DNA from: the human T2T-CHM13v2.0 reference genome, Homo sapiens
Strand: one strand, 5' to 3'
DNA: 64,000 bases
Assembly: GCF_009914755.1 (NCBI RefSeq)
Contig: NC_060928.1
A program made the translations under genes and the position numbers. Numbering within the stretch: position 1 is the first letter of the stretch; every line of letters begins with the position of its first letter. The notes below the pieces were generated by a model that was not told where the DNA came from, did no database searches, and saw only the letters and a list, made by a program, of their open reading frames with translations. Positions 1 through 22,220 of this stretch are shown here, piece by piece.

Positions 1-8484
<8,484 letters not shown>

Positions 8485-8759
8485 AACAATTACTTTAAAT
8501 GGCAGCAAGAATGTTTCTCACTTACTGTTCTGGAGGGATAGGTGCTTTCCCACAAGTTATTTATGTAACCATTATACAATTTTGTTGAAGCATGCATTAT
8601 TATAGCCAAAGAAATCAACATTGAACAGGATTAAGTTTGTTACCCAATGTCATACATTTAGTAAATTAGTAGGGAAAAAATACCTGTATTTAGGTTTATT
8701 AGATTTCAAAAGCCAAGCCGAGTATCATATTCCATATATGTAGCCACACTACTCACTGC

Positions 8760-9244
8760 CTCCATTAGTTTCCTATTGATGCTGTAACAAATTACCAGAA
8801 ACAACAAAATTGTTTTATCTCACAATTCTGGAGGTCAGAAGTTCAAAATGTGTCCTGTTAGAATAAGATCAAAGTGTTAGCAGGACTGAATTCTTTTCTG
8901 GAGATGCCAAGGAAAATCCAGATATTCTCAACTTTTCTAGCTTCTAGAGGCTGCTTGTATTCTTTGGCTTATAGGCCCCTTCCTCCATGTTCAAAGCCAG
9001 CAATGGCCACTTGAGTCTTCTTATATTACATCACTCTGAACCCTCTGTCTTTCTCTTCCACGTATGAGGACTCTTGTGATTACATTGGGTCCACCTGAAT
9101 AATCTCAACGTTGGTGATAAGCAAATTTAATTCCATCTGCAATCTTAATTTCCCTTTGCCATGTAAGCTAATGTATTCCAAGATTCCTGGAATGAGAATG
9201 AGGACATATTTGAGGGGTGGGAAGGTATTGGTTTGCCTACAACA
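8760..9244. mobile_element. MaLR (MLT1-type) solo LTR
   Basis: ATTAGTTTCCTATTGATGCTGTAACAAATTACCA...TCTCACAATTCTGGAGGTCAGAAGTTCAAAAT...GATTACATTGGGTCCACCTGAATAATC...GCCTACAACA. Confidence 0.8.
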
Positions 9245-9980
9245 CACCCTTAGGATGTAATCAGCTTCTGACTATTAGACGTTAGAAATACCCTGCACTC
9301 AAAGGTAAGGCCTGAAAAAAACAATAAATTGATAATTCAAGTAGACATAAAATGACTATTTTCAAGAACTGGTAAAGAATTGGTACATTCCGTGCACAGA
9401 AAATTTATCTATGCATTAAGGACACTTTTGGTTCTAATATTTTATGATTCCTTAAATATTACTTTGAATGAGAACAAAAGACATTGAAAGAAAGTAAATA
9501 CAAGCTGAGGTCAAAAGAACTGTTCAATATTCATGATGCTTATGCAATACTTCAATTTGGTATCTAATTTTCTGAAGTATAATTAAACATGAAATTACAG
9601 TCATAAGAAAGATAGCTGTATATAAAGATAAATTATACATTTCCACAATGAATGATCATCAAAGTTTCCTCTTCTCAACTATATGTTATATAATCCTAAT
9701 CATTATCATTAATATTGAGTACCTTAATTGAAGACAAGTTTGACTCAGCAGTAATTCACTTTATAGGTGACCAATTATTCTGTCTGTCACAGACAGCATT
9801 AGAATATGAAAATGGAAGAAATAAAATTTCAGTTTCCAAATATTATGGGATCTAAAAAATGATTTTGTGAACTTTTAAGTTGGAGCCAAATCCATTACTT
9901 TCAGAAATTCTACGTAAGCTGTAAAAAATCCATTTTCTATATAATAGCTCCTTAAAGAAGAGAGCAAAGCAGTTAAAAAA

Positions 9981-12214
<2,234 letters not shown>

Positions 12215-12780
12215 TCAACAAATACTTATTGAGTGATGCTAGCTGTCAGGCCTCTTCTGGATGCTAGAGACACAGCAAGGTATAAGACAGATGAAAGCCT
12301 GCCTATGGGGAGTTTACATGGCTGTTTGGAAATACAAACAAGTACAAAATTAATAGGTAATATCTTAGGCGATAAGTGTACTGAAGAAGTATAAGGTAGG
12401 GCTAAGGCATAGATGACATTTTAAATGGAATAGTCAAGAACAGCCTCTTTGATATAGTGACATTTTAGAAGAGATATGAACTAATTATAGAAAGAATATG
12501 AGGAAAGAAATTCTCCAGCAGAAGGAATAGCAAATGTCAATCTATTGTGGTAGAAATATGTTTGTTGTATTTGGGGAAACTTCAAGGAGATTAATATGAA
12601 CAGAGAGAGCAAAAAGTGAATCAAAATAAATTAGGTCACAGAAAAAGGGCATGCAGATAATTCAAGCTCTGTAGGTCAAGCATAGCCTTTGAATTGAGAT
12701 GGATGCCATTGGATGAGTACATGATCTGATTTATATTTTGGAAGTGAGACAAAGGTTGAAGCATAGATACCTGTACTTTG
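12215..12780. mobile_element. Old L2-like fragment
   Basis: CATTCAACAAATACTTATTGAG...CTAGAGACACAGCA...ATAAGACAGATGAAAGCCTGCC is a typical L2 terminal pattern. Confidence 0.6.
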
Positions 12781-14204
12781 ACCTTACAGAAAACTGTAGA
12801 GCCTTGATATTCATATGTTGATTTATTGTCTGTTCATTCTTTATTGTATTTCATTTTCTTCCAACCCAGGACTTCATCTTCATCATTCAATACCTAATAA
12901 TATAACTGAGACAACAATAATGAATTCTGGGTTTTAGAATCTCCTTTCACTAAAATCTCAATCCTAGTAATTGATAAATTTTCCTACACCGCACCTTTAC
13001 CAAGAAAACTCAAATCTACACGAAAAAAAAAGGTTCTTTTTTGTTTTCTAAGTGTGGAGTACAACATTGCTTAGCAACTATTTTTCTTTTATTTAGTTTT
13101 ATACTCTTATCCTTTCCTTCCAACAAAATGTCCAAATATATTACTCATATTCTGAAGCATCCAATTCATCTCACCCACTAATTAATTCCAGAAAAAAAAA
13201 ACTCTAGCTATTTTGAAAAGAAAAAATTAAGCCCATTTTGCATAACCTCTTTAAACTTCCCTATAAATTACTACACACTTAATCAAATTTCTAACTTTCT
13301 CCAACATCTCGATCCTTGAGGTGATTCTCAGGTTTTTCAAAAATATTTTCTTACAGTTATCTGTTTTGCATTTCCTCCTCTATTCTTAAAGAAGTTTTAA
13401 AATTAAGATATTCTTTCCAATGAAGATTTTTATGGTAAAACTATAATGATATAACCTCCTGTTTGCATTTGGGGCATTTTTATTTAAAATGTATTTTTAT
13501 ATATTCTCATTTAGTTAAATTTTAACTATTATTATAATACCTTAAATATAAGAAAAATTTTGTTAGAGAAACTCAGCAACTGCCAAGTTCACAACAACAT
13601 TTGTTTATGGAAATGATTTCCTTCTTGATGGTTCATCCTCTTGGCTTCTGCAACATACAAACTGCTTAGAAATACATCTCTTCTCTGCTCATCTATTTTA
13701 TCACAAATATTTTAATGAGCTTTCTATTGTCTTCCACATATTACATCAGGTTATCTCTCCTCAGCCTAGTTTCTTCTGATTCTATGCATCCTTCCTGTAT
13801 GATCTATTCTAATTTCAGAGTCTTGATTATAATCAATCAGCTTATAAATCCCCAATCATCTGCAGCTCCAGTGTGGCTCTTCATTTTCCAATTTTAGTCT
13901 CACGTAATTAGTCCTCTCCTGAATTTCTCTATCTCTTTGTCTATTAATGTTTTCTGACTCTCAAATTATATGAAAATCTCCTTAAGAGTAGGAGTAAAGC
14001 TAGTCAAATGGTATCTCCAGAATAAAGGAAATTTTATCTCATAGAGTAGAGAGTCACATGTTGTTCCATATAGGTCAATAGCAGTATTTTTCATTTTAGT
14101 TGTTCAAACAGGATTATAACGTAAGATTTTTTAGTTAAATAAATAAACATCATAGATTTTGGTCACATAGCTCTGGTCCATACTTTCATCACAGGTGATT
14201 TGGA

Positions 14205-14334
14205 GAACATGGAGGAGCAGGAGGAGGAGGAGAAGCAGAAAATGGAGGAAGAGAAGCACAAACAAGAAGAGGAGAAAGAGGAGGAGGGGGAGAGGCAAAA
14301 GAAAGTGAAGAAGGAGGATAAAAACCCAGCATAA
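14205..14334 (+). repeat. GA-rich (GAG/AAG) low-complexity tract; paralogue at 36517-36647
   Basis: GGAGGAGCAGGAGGAGGAGGAGAAGCAG... seen directly. Confidence 0.85.
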
Positions 14335-15044
14335 ATATCACTATAAAAACCCATTCATGGATTGTATCCATAAGCAACCAGTGTATTGCCACAACTGTGA
14401 TAAGACAGTGGCTCTTTGTTGATACTTCCCTTGTAATTGAAAGGCATGGCCTTTCCAAAGAACATGATGTTTGCTTATAGAAGACAAGATATCTGTTTTA
14501 CTTAATTATAAAATATGAAGCCATGTTCTGGTCCATCAGTCTTCTAAAATGGCCTACTGTTTCTGGAGGGTGAGACCATAACTAGCATGAGAAGGTCACT
14601 ACTGTATTTCTATGCCACTATGCTTGTTCCACCTGTCATACATAATCCCCACACTTCCTAACTTGGAGAAGCAGAAAATCATGGGTGAAATAATGCCTAC
14701 ATTTTGGTGTTCCAACATAAAATGTATATGCCTTAGGTTTAATTGTAGTTTTTAAATGAGTATATTGACATCTGCCAGTATATCTTACTTGTTAGTTTGC
14801 TGTCTGGTAGTGCTTTTGGACTATTAGTTTTCTTTTTGTGCACTAGAACACGGATATCTTAGATCCACTGGAAGTGCACCTAATATTGTTAGAAAAACAA
14901 ACTAGGGAAGAAAACACCACAGGGAAGAAATGAGAGGAGATGGAAAAGAAAACAAAGAAAGGAAACCATTTGACATTTAGCAATTAATTAAAGCAGGGTA
15001 TATTTTTTTAAAATCAGACATAGTTCAATAGTTACTGAACCATG

Positions 15045-15342
15045 AGATGGTGCAGTGGCTCATGCCTGTAATCCCAGCACTCTGGAAGGCCTAGGCATGA
15101 GGACCACTTGAGATCAAAAGTTCAAGAACTGTGCTGACAACATTGTGAGACCCCCATCTCTACAAAAAATAATTAAAAAAAAATTAGTCAGGAGCAGTGG
15201 TGCATATCTGTAGCTCTAGCTATTTAGGAGTCTGAGGGGCGGTTCAATTGAGCGCTGTAGTTCCAGACTTCAGTTAGCTATGAGTGCGCCACTGCACTCA
15301 AGCCTGGGTGATGAATGCAGACTATGTATCTATAAAAAAAAT
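15045..15342 (+). mobile_element. Diverged Alu (AluJ-like); paralogue at ~37342-37637
   Basis: GGTGCAGTGGCTCATGCCTGTAATCCCAGCACT...CCACTGCACTCAAGCCTGGGTGA followed by an A tail. Confidence 0.9.
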
Positions 15343-15497
15343 AGTCACTGACTCCTATGTAATTCTTTTTCATTGAGAATGTAAAGAGAATGGCTTTGTT
15401 TTGCCCCAGAGAAGAGACCTTGTATCTCTGATGTTTAGAAATTTCATGCCAAAAGAACAAGAATAATAATATAATTTACTTGAATTATATATTTGTG

Positions 15498-15700
15498 AGT
15501 TATGGTCTCACTCTCCAAGAACAATAGGCCATTTTAGAAGACTGATGGACCAGAACATAGCTTTATATTTTATAATTAAGTAAAACAGGTATCTTGTCCT
15601 CTACAAGCAAGCGTCATGTTCTTTGAAAAGGCCATGCCTTTCAATTACAAGGGAAATATCAATAGCTACTGCCTTATCACAGTTGTGGCAATACACTGGT
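15498..15700 (-). repeat. Inverted copy of 14377-14583
   Basis: CTTATCACAGTTGTGGCAATACACTGGT is the reverse complement of ACCAGTGTATTGCCACAACTGTGATAAG; similarity extends ~200 bp. Confidence 0.92.
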
Positions 15701-15867
15701 ATGTGAATTATATATTATATATAAATTACATGTGCCTAATAATATTAGGTACAATAATATATATTGTTGTATATTACCTAGAGAATAACCATAATTTCCA
15801 ATGGGACTGTTCAAATTAGCATAAAACATTTACCTAATAAATATTTCCTTTAAAAACCACACAAATT

Positions 15868-16080
15868 CATTTTATTTTATTTTATTATTTTACTTTAAGT
15901 TCTAGGATACATGTGCAGAATATGCAGGTTTTTTGCACAGGTAAACGTGTGCTATGGTGGTTTGCTGTATCTATTAAGCCGTCGTCTGGATTTTAAGCCC
16001 CGCATGCATTAGCTATTTGCCCTGAGGCTCTCCCTCCCTCCCCAGCCACCAGCCCTGATGTGTGTTGTTCCCTTTCCTGT
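15868..16080 (-). mobile_element. Short L1 3'-end fragment; paralogue at ~37913-38135
   Basis: T-rich tail then ACTTTAAGTTCTAGGATACATGTGCAGAATATGCAGG. Confidence 0.85.
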
Positions 16081-16154
16081 ATGAGACTCAAATTAAAAAC
16101 ATAATCTCTATTAGTGGGATCAATCTAAAGACAATGCGTTTACAAATCTGTTAT

Positions 16155-16340
16155 ATAGTTTTTCAAACTCTAAAGTACACAAATAATGTTCTGGACATGT
16201 TCTTAAAATTCAGGTTCCAGGTGTACACCCCAAGATTCTGACTCAGTAATTTTGGAAAAGTAGACTAAGAATTTGCATTTCAACAGGTATGAGCTGATGC
16301 TGATTGTGATGGTAGTATGTGGGACATCCTGAGGAACAAT
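16155..16340. mobile_element. MER5-like DNA transposon relic; paralogue at ~38210-38395
   Basis: CCCCAAGATTCTGACTCAGTAA...AAGAATTTGCATTTCAACAGGT...GCTGATGCTGAT. Confidence 0.6.
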
Positions 16341-17234
16341 GGACTGAGCTGTACAACTTATCTGAACTTAGAAGTTAGTTTTTAATACTCGGTTCTTAGC
16401 ACATTGAATTAAACAACCGGTAGTGAGTAGGTGATCTTTTATACATGTTTGTCTATTAATTTAATTAAAATTCTATTTTTCTCTTTCTGTCTAGTGTACT
16501 TATTTCAATAAATGACCTCTGTGAAGATATATGGGCCCCTGAAAACTCCAGGGAAGTAAATTCAAATTTCTAAACATAAGAAATCAGTTTTATGTGAGAG
16601 ATATGTGACCAAGCACCTAGAAACGTTTGACATTAAATATGAGAATACTTTTATCATATGGCATCCAAAAGATGACTGAATTTTGGCCAATGTTTACATT
16701 CATTTTATTACTTAAAATATTCTAAGTCAATGTAAGCAGGTAAAAATACAAGATAAATGATGATTTGTAGGAAAACTTTTGAAGTGTAGAATGACTCCAA
16801 TTTTATTATGCCAATTATCACTATTTACTAGAGAACGTGTAAAATTTTTCATAACATGGTAAGTATTATTTTTGACATAGCGTTGTTCCATCTTGGACAT
16901 ATATTTGTTGAAAAGTAGTAGATGGTATTCTACAGAAACATCTTTATCACTGCAATCATTTCTATGCCTGGTTTCCTCCAGCGTGCTTTTCCGTTGTCTG
17001 ACTCACTCAGGGCTAGACTAACACTGGGATTAGCATGTGATGGGTCCATTCGCTTTCCGGTTGCCTTGTCTTCACAATGATCTATTGCAGAATCACCTGG
17101 TTAAGTTTATTTTTAGAATTTGTAGAGACAGATTTTGGGCATTACTTTCCGTCTCGATCATATGATCTCATAATTGATGTTATTTTGAAAAACAAAAGGG
17201 AGATTTCAAAAAACAAAAGGGAGATTTCAACGTG

Positions 17235-17242
17235 TTTAAATA
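17235..17242 (+). promoter_or_regulatory. HTN3: HTN3 TATA-like box TTTAAATA
   Basis: About 25-30 bp upstream of exon 1. The same non-canonical TATA occurs at HTN1 and CSN1S2AP and is typical of calcium-sensitive casein genes. Confidence 0.85.
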
Positions 17243-19154
17243 CATCAGCCATCTAGGAAAGGACATCTCTTGAGACTTCACTTCAGCTTCACTGACTTCT
17301 GGATTCTCCTCTTGAGTAAAAGGTAACATGTTCAAGTACAATCTAATATTATATATTAGCATAAGCTTTTGTTTGCTAAAATCAATAGTAACCCACTTAT
17401 GAAAATGTATATTATCTATGATAATTTCTTATAAAGAAATAATTACCATTTATTGGCATCTGAAGATGACTTCTAGATCTCAATTCCTATGAATTAACAC
17501 CAGCAATCATCATGCAAAGTAACTAATGTGGAATATGGCAATGTATTACATCCTCGCTGATGGTGGGACCTCAATGAACTCTTTTTATTTCCTTGCCTAG
17601 ATACCTGATATCTACTTTCTTATTACTTTTATATTAAACTTAATGTAGAAGTTCACATTTTACAAGATACTGATAGATTCTGTCTTGCAAATTCATTATT
17701 ATAAAAATTTATTTTTTAATTTACTTTCCTCTTAGTCATAAACTATTTTATTACTTTTTCATTGGCCTTTCCATCATTAAAAACAGTTCTGATATAAATC
17801 AAAATATATACTGTATAACAATTAGTCTTCTCAATCTTACTAATTTATTTAACTCATTTTCATTCATTTGTGTTATGGCAGAAAAGACAGTTTATTATTC
17901 CAAATTTTTATTATTGATTTACTCGGGAAATATGTTTTTCAAAACTATTAATTATACATTGATTATCTATGTTCATTTATCATTTTATCTGTTAGTAAAA
18001 GAAGGGCACTTTCTTACAGCCTTTTTTGATTTTCTATTTGCAACACAATTGACAGTCACAAACAACGGTAAAATTGTCTTTTTATATCATAAAAAGAGTC
18101 ATAATTTGATTTATCTATTAGGTAATAGAAAAACTTCAAGAAATATATAATTTTTATAGTTAGTCCTATACAAGAAGTTTCCATTTAAATGAGTGAAGCA
18201 AAATGAATGAAGAAATAATAAGGCAAATGGGTTCTGCTTTCTGTGATAGAGATGTAGGGCTGTTTAAGAGTAGGACATTTTTATTATAATTAGATGAAAA
18301 ACGTTACTGTAATGTTCTATCACAAGTGACAGGTAAGAGAGATTAGAAAAATTTTTTAAAATATTATCTATTAATGAATTACTTTATAGCTAGCAACTAA
18401 CAAATAAAAATGCCATGTAATTCTAAGTTTTGTGGTAATTGTATTTTCCAGTGGAAATGCTTTTATTTACATGTTTGTAATTTAGAAATAAGTAATCCGC
18501 TTTACTTTTTTATATCAGCCGAAGAACTGGATTCACTTGCATATGCATAATTATAAAAACATATCAGAGTCCCAGATGAGGCTTTGAATAATATTATTTG
18601 AAATATTGAATAATCTTCACCAGTTCAACTTCTCAAAGTAGATACAATCATTTTCCCTGTGACTTCTCTTCATTTTATTTTTCTCTAACCAATACCATTA
18701 ATGTTCTAATCTCAAGGTTGCACCATCTGTGCTATTCTTTAATAGAAATCTGGCTCATATTCACTGACTTTATTATAAAGAAAGTCCCCATTACTTGCCA
18801 TTCTACTTTCTAAATATGTCTTTACACTGTACTTTAATTAGCATTCTTAATGTCATTATCTAAATCCCTTGTAATGTCACAACAACCTAAGTGGTCATCT
18901 TTTCTCCAGTTTTGTCCTCCCTACATGCTAAACTGTTTGAACTTTCAACATGCTTTCCTCTCTGTTGTATTTCATTGCAGTCTCCCAACACCTCCCTTTA
19001 CTCATTCCATATAATCCAACTCAAGCTTGCCTTTCTTTGTTATCTTCTTACTCCCATTATCTTGGTCTATTTAAGATGTCCATTTGTGTGTTTCCTTAGC
19101 ATATTAATAATTCCAAATTAGAGCACTCACCTTTATTTATCAATTAATGAAGCT

Positions 19155-19436
19155 ATGCCCTGGGCTCACACCGAAGATCCAAGCATTTTGAAAGGCCAAG
19201 GCAGGAAGATTCCTAGAGCCCAGGAGTTTCAGAACAGTCTGGGCAATATAGTGAGACTAAAAATATTCTCTACCAAAAGAAAAACAAATTAGCTTGTCAT
19301 GGTGTCACACACTTGTAGTTCCACCTACAAGTGGAACTAGGGAGGCTAAAGTGGGAGGATGGCTTGAGCCCAGGTGGTCCAGGATGCAGTGATCTGTGCT
19401 CATGCCCCTGCACTCCAGCCTGGAAAACAGAGCATG
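19155..19436 (+). mobile_element. Diverged Alu in HTN3 intron 1; paralogue at ~41531-41826
   Basis: GGCAGGAAGATTCCTAGAGCCCAGGAGTTTCAGAAC...TGCACTCCAGCCTGG. Confidence 0.85.
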
Positions 19437-19546
19437 TCTCCCAGTGCTTTGAAGCATAGTGTCATCAGTAGAAGTTTGATGAATGAATGCATGAAAGAAT
19501 GTGATTACTGATTTTTCATGTTTGATTTTATAGGACTCAGCCAACT

Positions 19547-19597
19547 ATGAAGTTTTTTGTTTTTGCTTTAATCTTGGCTCTCATGCTTTCCATGACT
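19547..19597 (+). CDS. HTN3: HTN3 coding exon 2: signal peptide MKFFVFALILALMLSMT
   Basis: tag|GACTCAGCCAACT ATG...ACT|gtaagt; 17 codons, phase 0. Confidence 0.97.
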
Positions 19598-20784
19598 GTA
19601 AGTATATCTGGAAGTTTTAAAGGATACATTCTCAGTACTTATCCCAAGGATCTTTCTTATTCCTTACGTTCTGCCATATATTCATGTTCACCTCAATACA
19701 GCTTTAATATTTCTATGTAAAGATTTTCCTTGAATTAACCTATATAAGTTCTTAAAGGACTTAGAATAAATATTCATTACATACCTGCGAACACTCAAGT
19801 ACAATTACTTGAATATAAAAATAAAAGAAAATTAAGCAAGCTTCATAAATATGTGGGACTGAGAACTGTGAAAATATCTTTAAATATTAAAAGCTCTAGA
19901 CCACCTGAAGTTAGAAATCTGAGGAAAGAACAAGGTACACTTCAATGGAACCTAAGTATTAGAGGGTGTCAAAATATGAATTTTCAAGTAATTTCTTGCA
20001 CAACCAAACTGTTCAAGTTAGCATACAATTTATTTTACTCTTTCTAAAATAAAGCTGCCTATTTTAAGCCATAAAACAAATCTATATCTGTTAAGTGTCA
20101 TGAGTTCCCAGCTTGTATCGTCATTTACTACTGTGTAATAGTAGAAAAGGCACTTGACCTCTCTGGAGCTCTTTCTCCTTCTCTACTTTCTCATCCTCTT
20201 CCCACTCCTCCTCTTCTTTCTATGAAGTTAATAGAAAATTGGTCACAAAAGAATACTAATACTTCAACCTATCCACTAAATTCAAATGAATGTTTCAAAA
20301 ACAAAATTGGTTATGGCATCACAGTTTATCACATGATTTTATTATAGAAGGATAGAAGTAGAAAAATAAACATATAAGAAGAACAGAGAAAAGCACAATG
20401 CCTGTCTCTATCAGCAAATAAAATATTTGTATGTTGGTAGCTTTTGAGCTACATAGAACATATTCATATAAAAAACAATCCAATGTTTCATTTTTCAGTT
20501 TCCACTCTCTTATTCACCAATGATAGACTTTTCTTGCCTTTCATAAAAAAGATATATAAACCAAAATGAGTTGATACTTTAATATAGCATATTAATTATA
20601 GAGAAGTTTACCCTTCACTCATTTTAAAGATGTCATAAAGCTAAAATAACTAATTTAGCATGTCATCATCCAAAGAATGCCTCCATTCTATTTAATCATA
20701 AATGTGGCTAAGTCAATTTTTACACATATTCTTGAATTATGAAATTAAGATATTAATTATTTTCTCATTTTCTTCTTTTCCAAG

Positions 20785-20805
20785 GGAGCTGATTCACATG
20801 CAAAG
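20785..20805 (+). CDS. HTN3: HTN3 exon 3: GADSHAK
   Basis: ccaag|GGAGCTGATTCACATGCAAAG|gtaag. Confidence 0.97.
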
Positions 20806-20883
20806 GTAAGACATTTTCATTTACTGGAAAACTTGATAATTAATCATATATTGAATTTTTAATCTTTTCTTTTTATTTCATAG

Positions 20884-20913
20884 AGACATCATGGGTATAA
20901 AAGAAAATTCCAT
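20884..20913 (+). CDS. HTN3: HTN3 exon 4: RHHGYKRKFH
   Basis: catag|AGACATCATGGGTATAAAAGAAAATTCCAT|gtaagt. Confidence 0.97.
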
Positions 20914-21972
20914 GTAAGTGTTCTTCTGATAATGTGCACTCTGAATAAGTTTTCTTCTCTGACTATTTATTCTCCTAGAATAATTGATAGTTATCTCTCA
21001 AATATATTTATATCATTAATTGCTAAAGTGTACATTGATTTCATTTATTCTTGTTACAGAGGTAAAAGGTCACAAAAATCTTGTGTTCTAACAGCATTTC
21101 AACGGAAACTCAATTACACTCTGAATAAGTCAATTTTCAATTATTCTTTGAGAGCTTAAGTATCTTTCTCTTATAAATAATTACATTGACCTAAAGAATA
21201 GTTCCTAATTCTATGAATAATTCCTAATTCTATGAAGTATAACATATGCCTAATGAAGCATAGAGGCTACCCATGTAATGTGGTTTCTATCTTATAATAT
21301 TTGAGGATGATAAAGTCTTTAAATTAAACTTACTGTGCTAAATTAGACAGAAAATTTTATTTAACATTTTTCTAAATGTATGTATAAAAATATCATATTA
21401 TTTTGACCTCTAATATCAGTATGAATAGGGGTTCAAAAGTTCTGCTTACTAATATAGCAAGTATATGTGTTAAAAAAGCACTAAGTAAAATGATGCATAA
21501 AAAGGAATGAGGACTGTTTGTGTTAACAGCAGTGGGTATGAAAGAATGTAGGAGTTGTAAGAGAAAGTAAGCTCATTAAAAGAATAAGATGAAGAAACAC
21601 CACCTAAGTTGGAAACGGTAACTTTCTCCTCCCCGTTATACTCAATGTTGGGCAAAATAGTAACTTGGAGGTAATGTTGTTAAGAAGATTTAAAACCTGT
21701 TTGGAGAGGTTGCCTATAATCAGTGTTCCAACATTTATTATTGCCACAAAAATATCAACACACAGTAAATACTTTATCATTTTTACTTGCTTTTAAACAT
21801 TTTTCTGAAAGAAGAAAAATGTAACTAAAAATTTGAAAACATTTATGTAGATAACACACGAGGTCATAACAACTTTAACAATCTAAGCTTTCAGTGACAG
21901 TTTTTGTGAAGCATTTTTACTGTCATTGCCTCTATTCTCTGCAATTTGCTCTCTCCTTTTGTGTGTATGCAG

Positions 21973-22026
21973 GAAAAGCATCATTCACATCGAGGCTATA
22001 GATCAAATTATCTGTATGACAATTGA
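21973..22026 (+). CDS. HTN3: HTN3 exon 5, coding part: EKHHSHRGYRSNYLYDN*
   Basis: tgcag|GAAAAG...GACAAT TGA. Full-length allele with Arg22 CGA at 21991 and Tyr28 TAT at 22009. Donor at 22060. Confidence 0.97.
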   Translation, partial: EKHHSHRGYRSNYLYDN

Positions 22027-22220
22027 TATCTTCAGTAATCATGGGGCATGATTATGGAGGTAAGCTGACTCTAGTTACTTTTCTTTCTAGAAGTATCAAC
22101 ACTGACAGTTAAAACAAGGAAAAATAAAAAAAAAGCCATTAAGCCAACAATCATTCCAGTTTAAGAAATGTAGCGTGGGTTAGCTCTTTGAAGTGTGTTG
22201 ATTTATATAGATGCTTCTGA

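Noticed and set aside
8485-9980. Possible missing exons 1-2 of the upstream relic copy (donor-like AAAG|GTAAGG at ~9305, acceptor-like site at ~9765)
   Set aside because: No MK-signal-peptide exon or TTTAAATA/exon-1 homology seen by eye; the region is partly MIR/MLT.
14163-14458. Minus-strand Ser/Pro-rich ORFs conserved with 36404-36771
   Set aside because: Antisense of the GA-rich tract; the conservation is explained by the segmental duplication.
19305-19544. Antisense ORF MAESYKIKHEK... also present at 41609-41935
   Set aside because: Non-ATG start, runs into an Alu, and is duplicated only through paralogy.
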